NCBI GenBank assembly: GCA_002505945.1 | Contig: DAWM01000022.1 | Location: forward strand, 19,032-55,701 | Length of the DNA: 36,670 nt | Direction: 5' to 3' | Source: Candidatus Woesearchaeota archaeon UBA119 | GTDB taxonomy: Archaea > Nanobdellota > Nanobdellia > Woesearchaeales > UBA119 | Part shown: piece after piece, positions 1-8,408 of the stretch | How positions within the stretch are numbered: position 1 is the stretch's first letter | Layout of the letters: each line of letters begins with the position of its first letter | Position numbers and translations under genes: made by a program | Notes under the pieces: generated by a model | The model's database searches: none | Told to the model about the DNA's origin: nothing | Seen by the model: the letters and a program-made list of their open reading frames with translations, nothing else

Positions 1-1105
1 TGGTAAGGATAATCGAGACAATCACAAGGTTTCTGGTCTTGTTCATGTCCGGCCTAGATTGAAGCAATGTTCTTATACCCACTGCAGCAATCATACCAAA
101 GAGCAAAATCATTATCCCTCCAAGAACAGCACTGGGAATTGTCTTTAGAATCGCTCCTAACTTGCCCACAAAAGCCAGAACGATGGCTGTTATCGCAGCA
201 ATCCTCATAATTACAGGATCATAAACCTTAGTCAAAGCCACAGCTCCGGTAACCTCTGAATATGTTGTATTTGGAGGACCACCGAAGAAGCCAGCCATTA
301 TGGTAGCAAGTCCATCTCCCAAGAGAGTTTTATGGATACCTGGATTTTCCACAAAGTTCTTCCCTGTAACTTCACTTATAGTGTATATATCACCGATATG
401 TTCAATAAGAGGAGCTATTGCCACCGGCGCGAAGTAGAGTATTGCTCCCCATTTAAATGTCGGAAAAGTAAAGTTAGGCAAAGAAAGCCATGCGGCTTGA
501 GTAATGGGGGTAAAATCAACTAGTCCCATAAGCAAAGCCACGATATATCCGACAAAGATTCCTCCCAAAACAGGGATCAATTTAAACATCTTCTTGCCAA
601 AAACCACAAGTCCAATTGCAACCGCTAATGATATTATTGCAAGAATCCAATTCTCCTTGGCCATATCTATTCCAGTGGGTGCCAATGCCAAACCGATGCA
701 CATTATCACAGGTCCTATGACAATCGCTGGGAAGTATTTCTCTATTAGCTTAATCCCTTTCCTTCGCACAATCATCGACACTATCACATATATTGCTCCT
801 GCTGCAATCAACCCACCTAATGCTCCTGGCAAACCATATAGCTCAATACCTCCAACAATCGGCGCTATAAACGCAAAACTGCTTCCTAGAAAAACAGGCA
901 CCTTGCTTTTCGTTACCAGATGGAAAATAAGGGTACCACCCCCCGCCGTGAATAACGCTACCGCAGGTTCCAATCCAGTAAGCAAAGGCACAAGCACAGT
1001 CGCGCCAAATGCCACAAAAAGCATCTGAATCCCAAGAATCAGCTTTGCTGTCGTATTAAGGTCTTTAACCTCTTTATCTGCTGCCTTTGCAGCCTTTCCA
1101 AACAT
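1..1105 (-). CDS. uraA: Uracil permease (NCS2/NAT family), 3' end truncated by the window edge
   Basis: Not in the ORF track. Read manually from ATG 1105 (SD GGAGGTG at 1112-1118): MFGKAAKAADKEVKDLNTTAKLILGIQMLFVAFGATVLVPLLTG...VPVFLGSSFAFIAP...EHIGD...GGPPNTTYSEVTGAVALTK...LFGMIAAVGIRTL...TRNLVIVSIILT. These are NCS2/UraA signature segments. The gene lies directly downstream of upp. Confidence 0.93.
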   Translation of the reverse strand, partial: MFGKAAKAADKEVKDLNTTAKLILGIQMLFVAFGATVLVPLLTGLEPAVALFTAGGGTLIFHLVTKSKVPVFLGSSFAFIAPIVGGIELYGLPGALGGLIAAGAIYVIVSMIVRRKGIKLIEKYFPAIVIGPVIMCIGLALAPTGIDMAKENWILAIISLAVAIGLVVFGKKMFKLIPVLGGIFVGYIVALLMGLVDFTPITQAAWLSLPNFTFPTFKWGAILYFAPVAIAPLIEHIGDIYTISEVTGKNFVENPGIHKTLLGDGLATIMAGFFGGPPNTTYSEVTGAVALTKVYDPVIMRIAAITAIVLAFVGKLGAILKTIPSAVLGGIMILLFGMIAAVGIRTLLQSRPDMNKTRNLVIVSIILT

Positions 1106-1145
1106 TTTTTACACCTCCATTCATCGCCCTAAGCGATCCTCTGGA

Positions 1146-1772
1146 TTATTTTGTTCCAAATAACCTATCTCCTGCATCTCCCAAACCAGGAAGAATGTAT
1201 CCAATGTCATTAAGTTCTCTGTCTCTAGAAGCCAAATATACATCCACATCAGGATGTTTCTCTTCTAACTTATTAATTCCTTCTGGTGCTCCCACCAAAC
1301 ACAGAGCTTTTATATTCTTGCATCCCGCCTTCTTAAGAATCTCTATTGTCTTTATTATTGTATTGGCAGTAGCAAGCATTGGATCCACAATAAGAGCCAT
1401 TCTGTCTCCAATATCCCTTGAAAGCTTAGAGTAATACTGAATCGCTTCCAAAGTATCATGATCCCTATATAGTCCAACAAAATTTACCTTAGCAGAAGGT
1501 ATCATATTGAGCAGGCCATCAAGCATCCCAACTCCAGCCCTTAATATCGGAACAATTACCAGTTTCCTACCCTTTATTCTTTTCACACTTACTTCTTCGG
1601 CCCATCCCTTTATCTTTTTTTCTTCTAACTCTAAATCCTTTGTCGCCTCATAAGTAAGCAGGGATGCTATCTCACTTGTAATCTCTCTAAACTCCTTAGT
1701 TTTCAGTCTATTGCTTCTCAAAAGGCCAAGCTTATGTTCTATCAAAGGGTGCTTGACCTCAAACACAGTCAT
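1146..1772 (-). CDS. upp: Uracil phosphoribosyltransferase
   Basis: Motifs [23 protein letters not shown] loop [11 protein letters not shown], and C-terminal [18 protein letters not shown]. Start moved to ATG 1772 because GGAGGTGA (1778-1785) is an ideal SD; this gives 208 aa. Confidence 0.97.
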   Translation of the reverse strand: MTVFEVKHPLIEHKLGLLRSNRLKTKEFREITSEIASLLTYEATKDLELEEKKIKGWAEEVSVKRIKGRKLVIVPILRAGVGMLDGLLNMIPSAKVNFVGLYRDHDTLEAIQYYSKLSRDIGDRMALIVDPMLATANTIIKTIEILKKAGCKNIKALCLVGAPEGINKLEEKHPDVDVYLASRDRELNDIGYILPGLGDAGDRLFGTK

Positions 1773-1980
1773 ATCTCTCACCTCCATTTTTAGAAAAGAC
1801 AGAATAACATGAACCTTTAGGTTGAGGACAAAAATGAATTAGAAAGGGCCACCCTAGAAGCATATCAGAAGAAGTCCAACCCCATAAAAAATACATCTTA
1901 AAAACATATAAGGTCATATTACCCTTTTTATATTTTTATTTTTTCTATATTATACTTTTTTTGTTCTGATTCTTTTTTAT

Positions 1981-2871
1981 CTACATACATCCCGGCAAGA
2001 TTGCCTCAATCAAATCCCCTACAGCCTCTAAAATCCATAGAAACTGTATCTTTATACTGCTATCCTTAAACTCCTTGCATTTCTTCTCCAAGGTCTTCTT
2101 CTCCTCATATACGTCAATTATCTTCCTTGGTTCAGGCTTATAGATTATGATACTCAGATGCTCAATCAATGTGAATAATTGCCTCAGGAAGCTTTTTTGC
2201 TCACTACTTAATCTGCTTTGTTCTTCACCAATTCTCACAAAAAAGTCCGCAAATACGTCACCCAGCTGTTCTAAATCAGTAAGGCTATTGTAATAAAATA
2301 TCTTCTTCTCGGAACTAATCTTCTTTGACTTGTTTAATGTTCTTAAACAGAAAGTAACAAACTTGTTTATAGTCCAATCCCTCTGATCCAATTCTTTCAG
2401 AACCTTGAAATCTTCCCTTTTTATTGCATCTATTCCCTGCTTGATTATATCCTTCATCAACAAATATATCTTGGGAAAGATCCGAGGGAACTCCTCCTCA
2501 TTACTCTCTGAAAGCTCTTTTAAGATAAAACTGCTTCCTTGCTCGTTTGTCAGGACCATCCCTATAAGCTGGTTGCTTATATCTCTAACAATATGGGTTT
2601 GTTCCCTGTTTACATTCTTTAAAATTATCTCTTCATATCCTTTTATATAAGCAGCGAAAGCCAGTTTCCAGCAAGCGCTCCTTCCTCTATTCTTCAAATC
2701 GATCTCTATTGAGCCAACTGGTTTCTTTTTCCCAAGAGAGAAAACTATTTCAGCGTCTTTCTCATTTACAATCAGTTGATCCCCCTTCTTTATCTTGTTT
2801 TCTGAAGTCCATTGTTTCGGGAGAGATACAACCAAAGTATTTTTTCCCAGTTTTAAAACACTTCTTAACAT
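1981..2871 (-). CDS. AbrB/SpoVT N-terminal DNA-binding domain plus PhoU-like helical domain (archaeal phosphate-uptake regulator family)
   Basis: N-terminal R.VLKLGKNTLVVSLPKQW...IKKGD is AbrB-like. Also AAYIKGY and PhoU-like D..INKF..FCLR and LEQLGD. ATG 2871 is preceded by GGTGG. Confidence 0.8.
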   Translation of the reverse strand: MLRSVLKLGKNTLVVSLPKQWTSENKIKKGDQLIVNEKDAEIVFSLGKKKPVGSIEIDLKNRGRSACWKLAFAAYIKGYEEIILKNVNREQTHIVRDISNQLIGMVLTNEQGSSFILKELSESNEEEFPRIFPKIYLLMKDIIKQGIDAIKREDFKVLKELDQRDWTINKFVTFCLRTLNKSKKISSEKKIFYYNSLTDLEQLGDVFADFFVRIGEEQSRLSSEQKSFLRQLFTLIEHLSIIIYKPEPRKIIDVYEEKKTLEKKCKEFKDSSIKIQFLWILEAVGDLIEAILPGCM

Positions 2872-2980
2872 TTTTCCACCCTTTCTTTTCAAAATAAAAT
2901 ATATATGGCATATACTTTATATCTTTTATATAAGTAGCACATATATTTCCAACAATCTATTTCTTGTTAGGGTGATATCA

Positions 2981-3454
2981 ATGCAACTACCTAAAAGAGA
3001 TTTGTTATTGCTGTGCCAGTTGAGGAAAAATTCCAGAGAGCCGCTGACAACAATGAGCAGGGAAACGCGTATCCCCGTATCAACATTGTACGACAGATTA
3101 CGCCATTTTGAAGAGAGTCAGGTAATAAAGAAACATACAAGCATAGTGAACTTTGGTATTTTTGGCTATGAGGTAAGAATCAACATTATGGTAAAGGTGT
3201 CTCCTTCTTTCAGAAAGGAGTTTAAGGTACGCCTTTTAAACCATGAGAATGTGAACAACCTCTACAAAATCAACAATGGCTTTGACTTTCTTATTGAAGG
3301 GGTTTTTAAGTCAGTCCAAGAAGCAGAGAGTTTTATTGATAACATAGAGGAAAACTTTGAATTCAGGAAACTGGAGGTTTATTATGTAACAGAGGAAATT
3401 AAAAGAGAAGGATTTATGGCAAATAAGGAAACTCTTCCAATATTATATAGATAA
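2981..3454 (+). CDS. Lrp/AsnC family transcriptional regulator
   Basis: HTH segment LRKNSREPLTTMSRETRIPVSTLYDRL and RAM-like C-domain (LYKINNGFDFLIEGVF). ATG 2981 follows SD GGTGAT; 157 aa. Confidence 0.88.
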   Translation: MQLPKRDLLLLCQLRKNSREPLTTMSRETRIPVSTLYDRLRHFEESQVIKKHTSIVNFGIFGYEVRINIMVKVSPSFRKEFKVRLLNHENVNNLYKINNGFDFLIEGVFKSVQEAESFIDNIEENFEFRKLEVYYVTEEIKREGFMANKETLPILYR

Positions 3455-3511
3455 CTGTTGTCTTATTATTTTTGTTCTTAAATTTTTTCGCTTCTTTTTC
3501 CAATAAAAGGA

Positions 3512-3524
3512 GAAATAATATAAA
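3512..3524 (+). promoter_or_regulatory. BRE/TATA promoter, probable leaderless transcript
   Basis: GAAAT-AATATAAA ends 23 nt before ATG 3548; no SD. Confidence 0.55.
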
Positions 3525-3547
3525 TTAGTATTTATTTAAAATAGAAC

Positions 3548-4531
3548 ATGAAGCTTAAACTAAGCATGGTTTTGTGTATCATAATGATGGTTCTTTTTAT
3601 CTCGGCTTGTCAAAAAGATGACGATGATGAAAAACCAGAGATTAAGGAAATTAAAGGTGGCATAGATGTCATCATAGAGGAAGGCTCTCTTCCTGAAGGG
3701 GTTATCCGAAACAAGGTTTTCCCTCTAAGTTTTAAGTTGAGGAATACCGGTAGGTCATCTGCTTCCGGAGTTGTTACTGTAAAAGGAACATCGTCATTTC
3801 TTGAATTCAAAGATACCTTTGGAACCTCAACCACAAAATCTTTCTCCTTCTCAGCTCTACCCGGCAGATCTACTCTCTCTGCCAATCCTCCTGAGAAGGC
3901 GTATGAGCTCACTGTAAGGCCATACTTGGATGATTTAACAGAGTCAAAAACAGTAAACATTGAGTTTATGTTGTGCTATACTTATTCTTTGGTATTTAAG
4001 CAGAGTGTCTGTGTGGATACAAGGCCTAATTTGCCCTCAGGTGATAAGGCTTGCACATATATGTCTCAATCCTTTAAAGGTCAGGGCGCTCCTATAAATG
4101 TGGTTTCTCTTCAACAAAGGACCTATACTGAGGAAGAGGGATATGGGCTTAAAAGGAAAGTAGAATTCATAATTACAATAAGGAATATGATGGAAGGTGC
4201 CCCCATTCCTGTTGAATCCGCTCTTCCTGGACCAAATAATTATTGCCAAGGGGGTAAACTCCCTGAAGGGGTTAATATGGGTTATGTTGAATTTGGAAGC
4301 ATTCGTTTAGGGGATGTAACCATGGGAACCCGTAAACGGGGTGTAGAGTTTGAGTGTTCAGGCATGAAACTAGGACAAAGAAAAGTTCCTTTTGTTAATA
4401 ATGAAGCTCAAATAGTTTGTACTGCTACCTTTGATGAGGATGTACAGCCTTATACTTCTCTACTTGAGGTCCCGCTTTACTTTGGTTATTATTCAGATAT
4501 GGTAGTCCCTATAAAGATTTATAGAAATTAA
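3548..4531 (+). CDS. Putative lipoprotein, uncharacterised beta-rich Cys-containing family (paralog 1)
   Basis: Signal peptide ends in lipobox ISA-C, followed by an acidic linker. Motifs LRNTG, LCYTY, VCVD, GQGAPI and LYFGY are shared with the next two genes. Confidence 0.8.
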   Translation: MKLKLSMVLCIIMMVLFISACQKDDDDEKPEIKEIKGGIDVIIEEGSLPEGVIRNKVFPLSFKLRNTGRSSASGVVTVKGTSSFLEFKDTFGTSTTKSFSFSALPGRSTLSANPPEKAYELTVRPYLDDLTESKTVNIEFMLCYTYSLVFKQSVCVDTRPNLPSGDKACTYMSQSFKGQGAPINVVSLQQRTYTEEEGYGLKRKVEFIITIRNMMEGAPIPVESALPGPNNYCQGGKLPEGVNMGYVEFGSIRLGDVTMGTRKRGVEFECSGMKLGQRKVPFVNNEAQIVCTATFDEDVQPYTSLLEVPLYFGYYSDMVVPIKIYRN

Positions 4532-4545
4532 ATTACCTTTTTTGA

Positions 4546-4559
4546 GAAAAGTTTTTAAA
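4546..4559 (+). promoter_or_regulatory. BRE/TATA promoter, probable leaderless transcript
   Basis: GAAAAG-TTTTTAAA ends 22 nt before ATG 4582. Confidence 0.6.
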
Positions 4560-4581
4560 GTTATTTTCAATAATACTAACT

Positions 4582-5520
4582 ATGAACCTTAAATATAAAC
4601 TGTTTTCAATAGCTCTTGTTTGTATGATTCTTGTTCTTACCGCTTGTCAGCAAGGGGAAGATAAAGACAATGAGGCAAAAGGAACCAAAGGCATAGATAT
4701 CGAAACAAGTATGCTTAATGACAATCTTTACACAACTGAATCCCAAATGGATTTTGGAGTTATTCTGAACATTACTAATAGAGGATATCACAATGTGAAA
4801 CCCTCTGATTTCATCTTAACTTATTCAGGTTTTGATGAGGGCTTAGTCGACCTTTATGATGCTCCTAAAACCTTTTCTAGTTCAAATGATGAGATACTCT
4901 TTGGTGCAGATCCCTTTCATGAGGGAACTACCTACCCGGTATTAGTTTCTGGCAATGTTCATCTGCCATGGGCTTCCCAGGAAACTGATTTTGAGTATCA
5001 TATGAATTTATTCGTCAAATATTGCTATAGATACAAAACCGTGCTTTCTTCAGTGGTATGCATAGACCCCTCTCAAGGATATGACTCCAATGCAGCTTGT
5101 AAGATGAGGAAAGTCCATTTCTCTGGAGGTCAGGGAGCCCCCATAGTGTTTACAGAAGTAATGCCCATTGTTGCCTCTAATAAGGTGGTGTTTCAGGTCT
5201 ATTTAAAGAATGGTGGAGAGGGTCTGGCATTCCCTTCAAAAGGGATTTTTGGGAGTTCTCCTCTTATGAGTTGTGCAGACCTAGAGAGGAATTCTCAGAA
5301 TTTTGCTCAATTAACCGTAGAAGCAACCTTAGGGGGAAAAACTGTTGAATGCACCCCTAATCCTGCCAAGGTAGACTCTGAAGGCACCTATGTTTTATGT
5401 AGTTTTGGTAAACCCGACAAGGAGACTGGTGCATATTCTGCTGTTTTAAACCTTGAAACAGAGTATGTATATGTAGATTCGGCTGATGCTCCTGTGAGTA
5501 TAACTTTCCTCAAAGAATAA
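4582..5520 (+). CDS. Putative lipoprotein, same family (paralog 2)
   Basis: Lipobox LTA-C; motifs ITNRG, YCYRYKT, VCID, GGQGAPI, YVY. Confidence 0.8.
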   Translation: MNLKYKLFSIALVCMILVLTACQQGEDKDNEAKGTKGIDIETSMLNDNLYTTESQMDFGVILNITNRGYHNVKPSDFILTYSGFDEGLVDLYDAPKTFSSSNDEILFGADPFHEGTTYPVLVSGNVHLPWASQETDFEYHMNLFVKYCYRYKTVLSSVVCIDPSQGYDSNAACKMRKVHFSGGQGAPIVFTEVMPIVASNKVVFQVYLKNGGEGLAFPSKGIFGSSPLMSCADLERNSQNFAQLTVEATLGGKTVECTPNPAKVDSEGTYVLCSFGKPDKETGAYSAVLNLETEYVYVDSADAPVSITFLKE

Positions 5521-5609
5521 AACTAATATCCTTTTCTGAGGTCAAATGGAAAAATATAAATACTATTATTCAAATAGATTAACTAAATAGAGTGGTTCAG
5601 GTGAATAAG

Positions 5610-6575
5610 ATGAAAAGTTATTACGTTCTTGGTGTTCTGCTGGTTCTATCTTTGCTCTTAACAGGTTGCGATTCTGGTAATGGTAGTGATGAGGACAAAA
5701 TTGAGAGTGGTTTCATTGGGGGAACTAGCGGTCTAGTACTTAGGTGGTATACCCCTGAGCAAGGTTATTTTACCCTCTTGGACAATGGCAATGATGAAAT
5801 ACTCTTAGAACTCCAGGTGGAAAATCTTGGGGAAGCCGATGTGCCCGCAAATAAGGCAACGGTTTCTTTATCTGGAATCTCTTCTAGGGATTTCAACCTC
5901 CAAAAAAATGACCTGACTCAGAAGTTAGAAACTGATTTAAGAGGCATGTTTAAATTAAATGATAAAAAGAGAGATGGGGACCAGACGGTTGTTTCTTTTG
6001 GCCCTATTAAATATATCCCCAAGGTAAGCACCGATATCACTATGCCTGTAATTGCAGAGGTTTGTTATCCTTATAAAACAAGTGCTGAAGCAGTATTATG
6101 TATATCTGAAGATCCAGTAGATTCTGCTGTTTGTGAACCCAACGGAGATAGACCGGTCTATTCGTCCGGCGCTCCTATTCAGATTACAGATTTCACTCAA
6201 GAATCTGCTGGTAAAAATACTTTTATTATTACATTTACTATAAAACATGCGGGAAATGGAGAGATCTTCAAAAGTGGAGAAGGATGTGATTCTCAGGATT
6301 TCTCATCTCAAGGAATTGTGAATGTCAAGGTTGGCAACAAAGAAGATTGGGGATGGAATAGCATAAATGTAAATTGCAATGGTAATCCTGTGGGTGAATA
6401 CTTTACTCAGAGGCTTAGATTCGGAGATGAGAGCACTGTAAGATGCACAGTAGAGGTTACCGATTCTATGGTTGGCGATTATGTAAGAGCATTACCAATA
6501 GAGCTTCAATATGATTACTCCTCAAGCGTATCCACAACCCTTAGAGTCCAATCTTCTTCAGGCTCAGGAGAGTAA
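5610..6575 (+). CDS. Putative lipoprotein, same family (paralog 3)
   Basis: ATG 5610 follows SD AGGTGA (5599-5604). Lipobox LTG-C; motifs VENLG, VCYPYKT, LCIS, SSGAPI, LQYDY. Has its own TATA (AATATAAA at 5553-5560). Confidence 0.8.
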   Translation: MKSYYVLGVLLVLSLLLTGCDSGNGSDEDKIESGFIGGTSGLVLRWYTPEQGYFTLLDNGNDEILLELQVENLGEADVPANKATVSLSGISSRDFNLQKNDLTQKLETDLRGMFKLNDKKRDGDQTVVSFGPIKYIPKVSTDITMPVIAEVCYPYKTSAEAVLCISEDPVDSAVCEPNGDRPVYSSGAPIQITDFTQESAGKNTFIITFTIKHAGNGEIFKSGEGCDSQDFSSQGIVNVKVGNKEDWGWNSINVNCNGNPVGEYFTQRLRFGDESTVRCTVEVTDSMVGDYVRALPIELQYDYSSSVSTTLRVQSSSGSGE

Positions 6576-6610
6576 TCTTTTCTGTTTGTTTTTTCCTATT
6601 TTCTTTTTAG
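6576..6610 (+). terminator. Archaeal-type oligo-T terminator region between convergent genes
   Basis: Several T-runs (tcttttctgtttgttttttcctattttctttttag) immediately after the stop codon. Confidence 0.4.
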
Positions 6611-6646
6611 CCTAATTATAGAAGAATTACTATTTATCGGTTAATT

Positions 6647-7612
6647 TTATGATAACGAGGCTATCTTAGCAAGTAGGGCTTCCAGTTGTATGATTGGATC
6701 CGAACCCTCTATAAGTCTAAACTCTACCTCCCCGCAATAGCGCACTATCTCCAGTTTTTCCTTGTCTTCCAAGCCCTCCATATTAACAATCTCTTTCTGA
6801 ATCTGCTTGATGACATCTATCCCAGAGAGCCCATACTGAAGCATAGTATCAATCAATTTGTCTCTGGCTTTAATGAATTTCTTATCTTTGGCAAGCCTCA
6901 CTATGGTTTTTATCTCCTCGGGCCTTGCCATAGAACCAATAGAATAAACAAGCTTTTCATCAATCTTATCAGACAAGGCACTACAGGCCTGCATGATATT
7001 TTCCAATCTTCTACAGTCCCCTTCAGAAATCTTGAATAAGGCCTCCTTGCCCTCTTTTGTAATCTTCAAATCTTCCTGCTTGGCAATCGTATCTATAATC
7101 TCAAACATCTGCTCCTTCTTGAGCGGCTTAAACCTAAACAGAGCGCATCTTGATTGAATAGGGTCTATAATCATACTAGAATAATTGCATGCCAATATAA
7201 ACCTGCATGTCTTTGTATAATTCTCCATAATCCTCCTTAACGCCTGCTGGGCATCTCTTGTCAATGCATCGCTCTCGTCAAGATAGATTATCTTGAAAGG
7301 AACATCACCTATCGCCCTCGTCCTAGCAAAGTTCTTGACTTTATTCCTTATAACATCTATTCCTCTTTCATCGGAAGCATTGAGTTCCATGAAATTATTA
7401 CGCCAGTTCTCTTCAAACAATTTCCTTGCAACCACCATAGCGAGGGTAGTTTTCCCCACACCAGCAGGTCCAGAAAAGAGGAGATGAGGCATATTCTTCT
7501 TATCAACAAACCCCTTGACCTTATCTACTACATTCTCCTGGCCTTTTATATCAGAGAACCTAGAGGGTCTGTACTTCTCAGTCCATATCTCACTCCTTGC
7601 TACCTCTTTCAT
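6647..7612 (-). CDS. rfcS: Replication factor C small subunit (clamp loader)
   Basis: WTEKYRP, Walker A GPAGVGKTT, ELNASDERG, Walker B LDESD, AQQALRR, and IQSRC (SRC motif). No intein. Confidence 0.97.
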   Translation of the reverse strand: MKEVARSEIWTEKYRPSRFSDIKGQENVVDKVKGFVDKKNMPHLLFSGPAGVGKTTLAMVVARKLFEENWRNNFMELNASDERGIDVIRNKVKNFARTRAIGDVPFKIIYLDESDALTRDAQQALRRIMENYTKTCRFILACNYSSMIIDPIQSRCALFRFKPLKKEQMFEIIDTIAKQEDLKITKEGKEALFKISEGDCRRLENIMQACSALSDKIDEKLVYSIGSMARPEEIKTIVRLAKDKKFIKARDKLIDTMLQYGLSGIDVIKQIQKEIVNMEGLEDKEKLEIVRYCGEVEFRLIEGSDPIIQLEALLAKIASLS

Positions 7613-7700
7613 TTTAGAAAACCATGAAGAAATTAATAAATTACCCTCTTAATAATCGGACATGATATAAGGATTATTCTAAGGAATATTCTCTCAAACC

Positions 7701-7964
7701 TTAGATGATATCCTCTTCTGATACCACAATCATGTCACCCACAGCAATAACAGCGTTAAAAGGAATAAGAATATGCCCCTCCTTGTCCTTTTCCAAGTCA
7801 AGTTTTTGAGCATGTGGAGTTGGATTGTTTACTTGGAGATGGATAAGCTCGCCGGATTTAGTCTCAAAAACCAGGTCTCCTACATCGCCAAATCTCCTTC
7901 CCGCCTTGCTGATGATTGTTAATCCAAGAATCTTCTTTGAAAATTTTTTGTCTTCTTCGGCCAT
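7701..7964 (-). CDS. Stand-alone PRC-barrel domain protein
   Basis: ILGLTIISKAGRRFGDVGDLVFETKSGELIHL...ILIPFNAVIAVGDMIVV matches the PRC-barrel pattern. ATG 7964 follows SD AGGTGA. Confidence 0.85.
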   Translation of the reverse strand: MAEEDKKFSKKILGLTIISKAGRRFGDVGDLVFETKSGELIHLQVNNPTPHAQKLDLEKDKEGHILIPFNAVIAVGDMIVVSEEDII

Positions 7965-8064
7965 TTTTTTCACCTAAAACCCCGTATGAACATATATCCT
8001 ACTACATTCTTGTCTGATTTATTTAATATTTAAACCTTTTGGAATTTAAACATAGATAGTTGAT

Positions 8065-8268
8065 TTACTCTTTTGTTTTATCATCTATGGATTCGTAATC
8101 CGGACTTGAATATGTCAACCCCTTCATTTCGTTTTCTGGGTTCCGTGGGAAATAACCTTCTCCAGATAAAAAATAAGACATACCTGACCAGGGAATCAGC
8201 TTTTTGCTTTCTTTATAAACCTCGGTTATGCCATTATAGAGCTTTTTAATAACCTTATTAATATCCAT
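8065..8268 (-). CDS. Small hypothetical protein (67 aa)
   Basis: Fills an otherwise empty gap. A TTTAAATA box (8298-8291) ends 22 nt before the ATG, the same spacing as at other leaderless genes here. Confidence 0.55.
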   Translation of the reverse strand: MDINKVIKKLYNGITEVYKESKKLIPWSGMSYFLSGEGYFPRNPENEMKGLTYSSPDYESIDDKTKE

Positions 8269-8408
8269 ATTCTATAAGGATAAGAAAAATTATTTAAAGA
8301 TTGTTATTAGCTAAGCCAAAAGTTTTCCAAAAGTTTTAAATCTATTTGTATCTTGAGATTAGTTGGAATGTTAGGATTAGCAAACAACTTTAAAAGAGGT
8401 GCGTCGGA

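Noticed and set aside
1123..1137. Short hairpin ATCGC-CCTAA-GCGAT between upp and uraA, resembling the reverse complement of 15027-15040
   Set aside because: Only a 5-6 bp stem and a ~13-nt similarity; too short to call a repeat element or ncRNA.
332..1434. Plus-strand ORFs 332-523, 504-1028 and 1087-1434
   Set aside because: Antisense shadows of uraA and upp, which carry clear family motifs on the minus strand.
2795..2980. N-terminal extension of the Lrp ORF in the ORF track
   Set aside because: It overlaps the divergent gene and promoter; the SD and domain boundary support ATG 2981.
6647..7612. Possible intein in the RFC small subunit
   Set aside because: The length (321 aa) and contiguous motifs leave no room for an insertion.
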